Shown here in pieces: positions 53,636 to 64,000 of a DNA stretch of 64,000 nt. The translations under genes and the position numbers were made by a program. Source of the stretch: Eledone cirrhosa (taxonomy: Eukaryota); assembly GCA_964016885.1 (NCBI GenBank), contig OZ024746.1, positions 14,818,001 to 14,882,000 of the forward strand, read 5' to 3'. The notes below the pieces were generated by a model. That model did not search any database, was not told where the DNA came from, and was given only the letters and a program-made list of their open reading frames with translations. Position 1 is the first letter of the stretch. Each line of letters opens with the position of its first letter.

Positions 53636-53998
53636 ATGACGGCTAGTTATTTTTGATAGATAACAGATGGCACAAGAATATCTTCTCCTTCCTAGAAATA
53701 GTGCCGTAAATACTATCCTCAGGAAATATTTTCTATTGTCTTCTCTGCGATGTCACAGGTCACTTGGTGGCCGTGTCAGTAAGTGAAAAGAAAAGACCGT
53801 GAGAAAACATTTCTTTCGCCCACACACACACGCATATTATATATAATATAATAATTGTTTCTACTTTTGGCACAAGGTCAGCAATTACCCAGTGCATTAC
53901 TGGTACTTTATTTTATCGAACCCGTAAGGATGAAAGGCAAAGTTAACCTCGGCGGGATTTGAACACAGAATGGCAAGGGCCGTAACTCTATGCGTCAA

Positions 53999-54168
53999 AA
54001 GGACGAATGGTTACGCCTTCATTACTTTTATTGGTTGGTGACGCGCATTTCGCTATTGATCAGCTGAAGGTTTGATCTAGACCGACACAGATCGAACATT
54101 GAGCTGATCAATAGCGAAACACGCGTCACCAACTAATAAACGTAATGAAGGCGTAACCATTCGTCCTT
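53999..54168. repeat. Long inverted repeat (about 80-bp arms, 10-nt loop)
   Basis: AAGGACGAATGGTTACGCCTTCATTAC... and ...GTAATGAAGGCGTAACCATTCGTCCTT; about 7 mismatches by eye. Confidence 0.92.
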
Positions 54169-55908
54169 GTATTATTATATTACACTCTGTCTAGCTCTAC
54201 ACCACGATACTAACGTGAACCTAAACATCGAGTGCTCACCTGGGTGAACCTACAGTAACTTCGCGTTACACTCCCTGGATATATATATATATATATTGCC
54301 AAGTAGTTTCAGAATTTACTCAATGTGTTTATATATTATTAGTCTGAAGAAAAGGTAGATTTTTTAGGGAGAAAGGGTTGGAAAGGTAAACATAAACACA
54401 GCAAATATAATTAAATATATAGGTGGAAAAATTAGCTTTTAAATAATTTTAAATTCTTTACACATGTTTCAAGAGAGTTATATATCAAATTATTCGAAGA
54501 ATGTTGCGTGAAAATATTTGTAAGCTTATGAATATATTTCTCCTGGAATTTTCTTATTGAATATACTTCGTAAAATACAACGCGAAATAAAGTGTCTTGT
54601 TTAAGAACATAACGCATCGCCTGGTCCGCGAATCGAACTCACAACTTCACGATTGCGAATCCAATTCTCTAACCATTAAGTCAGGCTAAGTTAATTATTT
54701 ACTTGTAAATAATTCAACAGGAAATATACAAATCTTCAATATATTTTGAGGCCTTAAAAAATCTACGTTTATAATTAACATCCTGGTAAATCCTACAAGA
54801 AAAAGTGTGTAATGTTCTTCACTTTCCTTTGATGTATAAGCGATGTTTAAATTGTATGTGTGGACCCGAAACTACTGATGGAGTCGTAGCGGGTAATGTA
54901 GTAACTTACATGTAGTGTGTCATAAACATTTAAAATCAGGAGCAGCCCATCTCTTCTTCAGGTTAGAACATAACTGATTTCTTCCGGAGAAGAAGAGAAA
55001 GAGATATAGAGAAAGAGATATAGAGGAAGAAAAAAAAGATAATAAAAAAGAAAAGGGGCGGGGCGAAGCAAACCCAGGCACTCAATCACACACCACAACA
55101 AGGGGTCCTGGGATTTCCCCTCTAATAATGTTTGAGGTAAGCCATCACAGACCGACAAAATAATTTGTCGATAATTCCTAGTATTTAAAAATTTAATTTC
55201 CTTCAGCTACAAATAATGTGATCCTCTCATTTACCACAACATCCGGGATATGGGAAGGAGTCGCTAACAGTGGCATCCCAAATCAGATCCTAACCTCTTA
55301 CCCAGAGACAAAAAAGTAAGACCATCTGGCCTCTTCCCATCAAACCCGGACAATCCGGCTAGCTCCAGATTTGAGAATATATTTTAATTGAGGATTTTCT
55401 GCGTACCGTATTTTTCCGTACAAAAAAAGCAAATACTTTATCCAAAAGTTTGATATCAAAATCTGCCAGTGTTCCATACACCGAATGAAAATCATAAATA
55501 CTAAAATAACTTTCCCCGAAAGTTTTCGCTCCAAAATATATATATCAGTGCATTTTATAACCCGAAAAAATACAATAGTCCATTCAGTACCTTACTACCT
55601 TAACTTAATTGTTTTAAATCTGCCATTAGCTCCCTCGAGTTATTCCCCTTAGTTAATTTATGTTTTATTTTTAACAGCGTTATCTCCCTTGGTTACTAAG
55701 CTTTCTTTCATTATTTCCACTGTAAACAAACATTGAAAGTCGCCTGGTTTCTCTAATAGATTAAATTCTTTTTTTACTCCATTCCAATGAGTTTTACATC
55801 ACCTTTATTAAAGTGATGGTTTCTGTTTCAGTGAAGACTTTGATGAGATTTCTAGGGATTTTCAGCACTTGTTCAGCAAGTTTTACTCCCAAACTACGGC
55901 CTATTTAT

Positions 55909-55920
55909 GTTGCTAGCGAC
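55909..55920. promoter_or_regulatory. RFX X-box-like element at the putative CCDC24 promoter
   Basis: Near-palindrome GTTGCTAGCGAC. It is followed by a donor CA|GTAAGT at 55976, and an acceptor at 57225 precedes the CCDC24 ATG, suggesting a non-coding first exon. Confidence 0.45.
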
Positions 55921-56720
55921 AGTTGTTGTTTAACAAGGAACTTTTACAATAAACAAGTGGACTCTTTGGTTGACAGTAAGTTGGAACTTCACTTCACATA
56001 TTTATGTTTTTATTTAGATGCTTTGTTTCCGTAAAGACAAGAAAATGATTTGAGTAAATTATTAAGTGCAAGTATTGCTGTGTGGGAAAGTTGACGCCAT
56101 GTAACCACGTGTTTTCTGGTTTTAGGTTCACTCCTTATGTGTGACACCTTTGAACAAATGTCTTCTACCGCAGCCCCAGGTTGACCAATGCCTTGGGTGT
56201 GGAATTTGGTAGACGGAAACTAGGCTGAGGCTTCAAATTTCATATATCATAGGGCCTCAGCATGTGAAAGTCCAGCCCTTTTCCTAGTGAACCATTTATT
56301 TAAACGATGGAGATAGAATTATTCTCATTCCGTTGTCCATGTCTGGAATATTATTGTCCAAGTATTGCTGTGTGGTAAAGTTGTCGCCATGTAACCACAT
56401 GTTTTCTGGTTTTAGGTTCACTCCTAATGTGTGACATCTTTGAACAAATGTGTGTCTTCTACCGTAGCCCCAGGTTGACCAATGCCTAAAAGAGAATTCT
56501 TGACAGAGTTCGAAATAAGAAAATGAAAATATCTTTTTATATTCGGTGAAATGTATGTATACTCATTAAGGTTCGTAAGAGGTGATTAGTTGGCACCAGA
56601 AAGGGATGACATCTGGCTAAAAAAAATTGCCTCAAAAAGGACCCCATGTCATGGATCCCACAAGCTTTAACTGTGAAAAAGGCCTTCATATGTTTGTTGT
56701 CATATACATACATACATATA

Positions 56721-57055
56721 TACTCTGCTATGTATTGAGTACCTTACTTACTGTGGTTACCTCCGATGAATGAAACAGTTCTAGTCCTGTAGAATCTCAT
56801 CTATATTAAAACTTTTATACTCTGCTATGTATTGAGTACCTTACTTACTGTGGTTACCTCCGATGAATGAAACAGTTCTAGTCCTGTAAAATCTCATCTA
56901 TATTAAAACTTTTATACTCTGCTATGTATTGAGTACCTTACTTACTGTGGTTACCTCCGATGAATGAAACAGTTCTAGTCCTGTAGAATCTCATCTATAT
57001 TAAAACTTTTATACTCTGCTATGTATTGAGTACCTTACTTACTGTGGTTACCTCC
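56721..57055. repeat. 97-bp tandem repeat, about 3.5 copies
   Basis: Near-identical units start at 56721, 56818, 56915 and 57012. Confidence 0.93.
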
Positions 57056-57073
57056 AATTCAACCCGGAATAAC

Positions 57074-57121
<48 letters not shown>

Positions 57122-57241
57122 ATTATTTCAAGCATTAAACTAATATATTTCTTCGTTTGTAGTCATTTGCTTTATATATCTATAATATATATATATATAT
57201 ATATATATGACTGTATATGTTTCAGGTTGTTCTATTGAAAC

Positions 57242-57892
57242 ATGAGTGAAAGTAACAGAAAAACAGGATGTCTACATCAGCCTCCTCCTCATCTTAAAGC
57301 TCCATCTTCAGTCTGGAAATTAATTGAACAGAGAATGCCAGAGCCTGAGATACAAGAGGTGAAGAATATTTTGGGTGCCAGTTTAGTTGAGGAAAATATT
57401 CAGCTATACAATGAGGTGAGTATAAAAGAGGACATCAGTGTGATAGATAATATAATTAATGACAATTTGAATTAGTCAGTAAATGTTAAAAATACAGTAA
57501 CAATGATGCTGGGATACCTTGCAGTTCTTTATAGGTCCTTATATTTCAGGATGAATTATATTTTCATTAAATGATTGACATTTTAAAAGTTTACCTTTGA
57601 ATTCACATTGTTGTAGCTTTTAAATGGAACACTATTCTCTCTCTTTTCCAAGTCATGAGTCATTTCCTGCGCAGATGAAGGTTCATCAATGTGGATGAGG
57701 TTGAAGATGGGTGAAGGGAGTTTTTTGCCTCTAAACCACCCAAATGGTATAAGTGTGGAATTGAGCTTCTGGCACAATTATGATAGACAATAGAATATGA
57801 TGGGATATATTATGATGAATAAATGATTTTTGCTGTAGATTGTTTGAGCTATTAATTAAAGCTTGAAATACGAAAAAATGTTTGACTCAACC

Positions 57893-57983
<91 letters not shown>

Positions 57984-60900
57984 TGGCTTCTAGAGGACTA
58001 GAACTGTTTCATTCTAAGGAAATCATCAGGAAACACGCGTATTTAGTCTCTCTCACACACACATACATACATACATAATATCTATCCATATATATGTTTT
58101 AGCTTGAAACATTGCAAGATATATTCCAAGAATACCAACCACAAAATCCACATAAAAAATCATCATCAGGGAGAATGGCAGAACCTCCAGCAGTTCGAAA
58201 AGCATTAATTAAAGAAATTAACTTTCTTGTTACCAGTATTAAAGAGAAGCTAGAATATAATAACATGTAAGTTATTAATTACTTCACTAATTGTTGGTTT
58301 AATCCTTTTTCACTCTAAACCTTACCAAAATTAGTTCTACTTCTATGAAACATAGCCAGTCATTTTAAAGGGTTCCTGATATTTTATATCAGAAGCATAT
58401 GTTAGGTTATTATCTTAGTAATGAAATAATTAATAATTTTCTAAATTCCTCAGAATTCTTTATTAATCAATTGGAATTATTTTGGAATATTTTAACTTAA
58501 AAATATTCCAAAATAATTTTATATAAGAGCCATATGTGAAGTTACTATCTTAATTATGAAATAATTAATATTTTTAGTAAATCCCTCAAAATTCCTCATT
58601 AATTAATTGGAAGAGCACAGTAGTACAGTCATAGTTAAACTGTGATCCATTTGGCTTTCTGAAGGGTACACCTAATTTCAAAATTACCTTGAATGTTTTT
58701 AGGTATAGGTAGACATACATAGGTTATAACACCTGACTGTAAAACACTCACCCCACCCAACCCTCCATTGGTGAGTATAGTTAAGTCTGTCGGGTTTCGA
58801 AAAACTAATCTCTGTTTTAACAGAGAAAATGGACTTAAAACACTACTTGTTGTGGTGATATTTATTTGATCAATGATTGGTATTAAAGTTTTTAAGTATC
58901 AAAATAATTTACATCATATTTCTCCATTTTAGGGATTCTGACCACATATTGTCGAAATACAACAGAGAAATTCTTGACTATGTTTCCAATCAATGTGGTA
59001 ATATCTGCTTTACTAACATTATTAGAGAGAAGAGAGAATGAATTGACAAGATCCCAAACCGCATTCACTTACCAATTGGGATGGAACTCGACAGATCGGG
59101 CCAAGGAAACAATGTTTCCATTGATGTTTCCAATTGTTAATACTGTCTACTGGTCGCAACTTCTGGCAGAAGAAGTGACATGAAATAAAGTGTCTTGCTC
59201 AAGGACATAACACATTGCTCAGCCTGAGAACCAAACTCGCAACCTCACAATTTCTCTAACCATTAAACCATGTACCTTCACATGGCTAGAGGTATCAATT
59301 ACAGCTACAATCCATTGAATAGGTTTCAGCACAGTTTCTGTGTGTGTAATTTCCTCAAATACTCTATAAGACAGCTATGTGGCCTCTTCACAATAATAAT
59401 GTCCTGGGTTCAATTCTACTGTGTGATATCTTGTACAAGTGTTATCTACCATTACTTCAAGTTGACCCAAACCTTGTCAGTAAAATTGTTGATTAAATGT
59501 CCCATAAATTCAAAGGTGGTCCTGCCTTGTTATGTATTGTATCATGTAGATTCTGCCTTAGAATTATTTTAAGGGCACAGACTGATTGAATTAGGAAAAA
59601 AAGTAAGGAAAGGGTTAAATGGCTAATTTCTTATGATGATGTCTTGAAGTGTGATGTAATTGTTTGTCTTCCAGAAATTTCTCAAGAAACCAACTGTGTT
59701 GATTCCTCTCCATCATCAAGCTGTAAGAATCAATCAATATCTTCAACTATTGATCGGTGAGTAAGAAATATTATTTAACTATGTTTGTTAGTGTCTGTTC
59801 TAATAATACTTTATACTTCTTTTTTACTACAGCCTGTAATATTTTCCACTACAGATGTTCCACCCACCACCTCATGTAATATTTTCTTCTACAGATGTTC
59901 CACCCATCACCTCATGTAATATTTTCCACTAAAGATTTTCCACCCACCATCTCATGTAATATTTTCCTCTACAGATTTTCCACCCACCACCTCATGTAAT
60001 ATTTTCCACTATAGATTTTCCACCCACCACCTCATGTAATATTTTCCACTACAGATTTTCCACCCACCACCTCATGTAATATTTTCCACCCAACACCTCA
60101 TGTAATATTTTCCTCTACAGATGTTCCACCCATCACCTCATGTAATATTTTCCACTAAAGATTTTCCACTCACCATCTCATGTAATATTTTCCTCTACAG
60201 ATGTTCCACCCACCACCTCATGTAATATTTTCTTCTACAGATGTTCCACCCATCACCTCATGTAATATTTTCCACTAAAGATTTTCCACCCACCATCTCA
60301 TGTAATATTTTCCTCTACAGATTTTCCACCCACCACCTCATGTAATATTTTCCACTACAGTTTTTCCACCCACCACCTCATGTAATATTTTCCACTACAG
60401 ATTTTCCACCCACCAGCTCATGTAATATTTTCCACCCAACACCTCATGTAATATTTTCCTCTACAGATGTTCCACCCATCACCTCATGTAATATTTTCCA
60501 CTAAAGATTTTCCACCCACCATCTCATGTAATATTTTCCTCTACAGATGTTCCACCCACCACCTCATGTAATATTTTCCACTACAGATTTTCCACCCACC
60601 ACCTCATGTAATATTTTCCTCTACAGATTTTCTACCCACCACCTCATGTAATATTTTCCACCCAACACCTCATGTAATATTTTCCTCTACAGATGTTCCA
60701 CCCATCACCTCATGTAATATTTTCCACTACAGATTTTCCACCCACCAATATTTCCCCTAGATAGAGATGTTCCAACTACCATCTAATATTTTCCACTACA
60801 AATGTCCCAACTACCACCACATGTATTATTTTCTGCTACAGATCTTCCAGCTTTAAAAAAGATGACATTGAAACTCTGGTAGAATCCTTGAATTATTTAC

Positions 60901-63900
60901 AGATAGATGACATTGCAAAACAATTAAGGTCAGTCTTGGAACCAGTTTTTACTCCCCCCCCCCTCCAATTAGTTTTATTTGATAAAACTTTAATTAAAAA
61001 CATTGTGTATTTAGCAGAAGATTCCTAATTAGCTTTGCTAAAGTAAGTTACATTTAGTATTATTTTTAACAACTGTTAAAAATATCAGAAGCTAATACTT
61101 AGATTGGATCTGGGAAACAGTATTTCTATTAGTCTTTCCATTGCTGATACTGTCTGTCAGTCATAACTCCTGACAGAATAAAGGAGCTAATCATCAAACC
61201 AAGGAGCTAATGTTTCCATTGCTGATACTATCTGTTGCTTGTATCTCCTGACAGAAGGAAGTAGCTGATCATCAGATTGGACCAGGGAAACAATGTTTCT
61301 ATTGGTCTTTCTTTCCACTGATATTATCTGTCAGCCAGTTGCAACCAACAGATAGTATCAGCAATGGTAAGACCAGTGGAAACATAGTCTCCTTGGTCTG
61401 ATCTAATGGTCAGCTCCCTTCCTTTTCTAACAACTGGTATTTGAATGTGCCTTTTGTATATACACAGATCAAGACTAGAAGAGGAAATAAGAGAAATTTT
61501 AGACAATATCAAGATTCTACAGAACAGTTTAGATATTACGGAACAGCCAGGGACTTCAAATCTAAAGAAAGAAATTCCAACACTAACAGGTAAGATTTAG
61601 TCGCCTCATACAACACACAGGGATGCAGTATGCCTACTCTGAACTGGGTACACATGGGTAAATATACATGTATATATATCATCATCATCATCGTTTAACG
61701 ACCATCTTCCATGCTAGCATGGGTTAGATATATATATATATATATATACACACACACGCACATATATATTAAGGTGTATGTATATCATCCAAACAAGCAT
61801 ATAATTAGCACTCATATTGGTAATTAAGATAGATATTAAGATTTGCACTAGCAGCGCTGAAGTGTATGATAAAGTTATATCTGAATAGATACAGTATGTG
61901 TAACTGAGACTGCACCAGTGTGTATTTCAGAATAATACTAAGAGCGAATGGGTATGTATAGCCATCAAATACATGTTTTCCTGTGGTTGTTTGGATGATA
62001 TATATGTTAATATATGCTCAGGTGGGTCAGCAACACGTGACTCAAATACATGATTCCCCACACAAGCATTTTATTGTGACACCAGCACTACTAAGGTTGT
62101 TTCCTTGACACAGCTGAAGAGTTCGCTCATCATCTTTGTTTGGTAGGTTTACTGTCACCAATATATATATATACACACACACATACATATATATATTTAT
62201 ATACACACACATACATATATATATATATATACACACACACATATATATATATATATACACACACACATATATATATACACACACACATACATATATATAT
62301 ACACACACATACATATATATATACACACACATACATATATATATATATACACACACACACATACAGACATATATATCATCATCATCATCGTTTAACGTCT
62401 ATCTTCCACGCTAACATGGGTTAGATGGGAATTGTCCCATTTAAGGCAAGATTGGTCGGGTGACCGTGTCTCGCTCGTATAGGACTATCTGGCAGGTTTT
62501 CTACGGCTGGATGCCCTTCCTAACACCAACCACATTTACAGTGTGGACTGGGAATTTTTTTACAGCATAGACTGTATTTTTTTTTTTTTGTCGGGACACC
62601 TACACAACCTCATTAGTTTGGACTGGACGTTGTGGTACCAACATAACTTTATGGAGAAAGGGTGGTGCTGGCGGGAGTGGAGGTATATATACATATAAAC
62701 TTTTGTTTATTTCTGTACAACTAAATTTTGTAGAATTTGATTTTATTCAGAGTTGCGTCTTGAAAGAAAACATTTAGAAGAAGAATTGTTGAAAGAATCC
62801 AGCCCTAATAAATGTGTAGCTCCTGCTGTTGTGGTCAAGTTATCAGCTCCTGCCAGTGTGGTCAAGTTACCAATTAAGTGAGTACAGCATTCCTTGTCAT
62901 TCACTGCTGCATGGGTCAGATGACTCATAGTCCATCTAAAAAGTCCCCAAATTATGATCCTGTGAAGTTGAACTGCAGTGACATGCTAGAACAAACTGAG
63001 CACATGGCCAAACCTCAAAGACCAACTACAAGAGGTAGAGTCTAAAGAATTGGGGTTTACGACTGGATGTTTGGCCATACAGGTCTGATCATTCTCCAAC
63101 CACAATATTGCTACACTATTACATCTAGATGTTGATGGAAATTGCTGCAGCTATCGCAGAGACACGACATCTGTACCAGGAGACTGCTGCAGCTATTGCA
63201 GAGACACGACATCTGTACCAGGAGACTGCTGCAGCTATTGCAGAGACACGACAGCTGCACCAACTTCTGAAATTAACCACTAAAGCCCACCTTTATTTGA
63301 AAGGTTGTCATATCTTTGGTATAACTAAAGAGTTCTATGGTCACTAACCACATTACAGAGTGCACTAGGTGCATTTTGTGATGGTCATACATTGTAAAGT
63401 AGCCAGCAGTCAAACGGAGGCAGAGTGTACATGGTGCATTTTATTTAAGCACCTACACCAGAGAGGTTGCCAATTCTTTGGCACTACTAAAGTCCTCTTT
63501 ATCATACATTGCCATTGTTTGATTGCTGACTACTTTACAGAGTGTACTGGATGTGTTTTGTTGTGGCACTAGTATCAGAGAGGCTGTCATGTCTTTACCG
63601 TTTTGTCATGGCACCAACACTAGAGAAGTTGTCAATAGAGACAATGTTGCCAAAGCCTTTTTCTTTAGATTTAACAAACTCTTTTGTTTCAGGAAACCAA
63701 ACCGAAATTTGGATGTTGACAAAAATATTCAAATCAGAGCTGGAAGTCAGTATAAGAAACCAGACACCAATATTGACATGAGTTTCTCTGAAACGTTATC
63801 TTTAGAGTTACCACAATACCGATATTTACCTCACCCTCCTCCAAGTGAAGCAAGATCCAAAATAAACTCTGCTGAGAAATTCCGAAGAATGATACATAAT

Positions 63901-63918
63901 TCCAGAGTGGCACATTAA
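57242..63918 (+). CDS. CCDC24: Coiled-coil domain-containing protein 24-like, about 348 aa; exons 57242-57415, 58103-58266, 58933-58997, 59675-59756, 60842-60928, 61468-61589, 62751-62877, 63693-63918
   Basis: SVWKLIEQRMPEPEIQEVKNILG, EPPAVRKALIKEINFLV and IDDIAKQLRSRLEEEIREI resemble conserved CCDC24 blocks as recalled (SLWELVEE..EVKRILG, IDEVA.HLR.LLEEE). GT-AG exons sum to 1047 nt in frame. Confidence 0.8.
59833..60841. repeat. 40-bp minisatellite filling a CCDC24 intron
   Basis: Unit GTAATATTTTCC(A/T)CTACAG AT(G/T)TTCCACCCACCACCTCAT, about 25 units with some shortened 26-bp units. Confidence 0.95.
63140..63255. repeat. 42-bp tandem repeat, about 2.7 copies
   Basis: TGCTGCAGCTATTGCAGAGACACGACATCTGTACCAGGAGAC. 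Confidence 0.85.
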
Positions 63919-64000
63919 GGAATAATCTGCCACATTAAAGTAATTAGATACAATATGATGTGAGGGAATCCTTTATTATTATAATAATTTACAAAGACTT

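Noticed and set aside
62920-63033. Open frame MTHSPSKK...TTR as an additional CCDC24 exon
   Set aside because: Phase is incompatible with the flanking exons and the intron before it would be only about 42 nt; 62877 joins 63693 in frame without it.

Overview
AT-rich, microsatellite- and retroelement-dense animal genomic DNA, most consistent with a coleoid cephalopod (octopus-type SINEs and RTE LINEs; this assignment is an inference). Most long ORFs in the supplied track are microsatellite or LINE artefacts. Four spliced genes were reconstructed by hand from GT-AG boundaries and phase continuity. (1) A DUSP23-like dual-specificity phosphatase (+) has two shared exons followed by TWO intact alternative terminal exons, each with its own CX5R catalytic loop (HCLMGRGR vs HCAHGKGR). 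(2) A complete 9-exon MOCS1A/MoaA radical-SAM gene (+) ends in -IGG*, has a splice donor just after the stop, and no MOCS1B/MoaC ORF was found in the window. (3) An unassigned 296-aa type I membrane protein (-). (4) A CCDC24-like gene (+) has one intron that is almost entirely a 40-bp minisatellite apparently amplified from the downstream splice acceptor, each unit reading AG-21nt-GT. Repeats include several decayed RTE LINEs, CR1 and Tx1 fragments, many tRNA-derived SINEs, two inverted non-autonomous Helitron copies bracketing the phosphatase locus, long palindromes with hammerhead-like cores, a tRNA-Tyr relic and many minisatellites.
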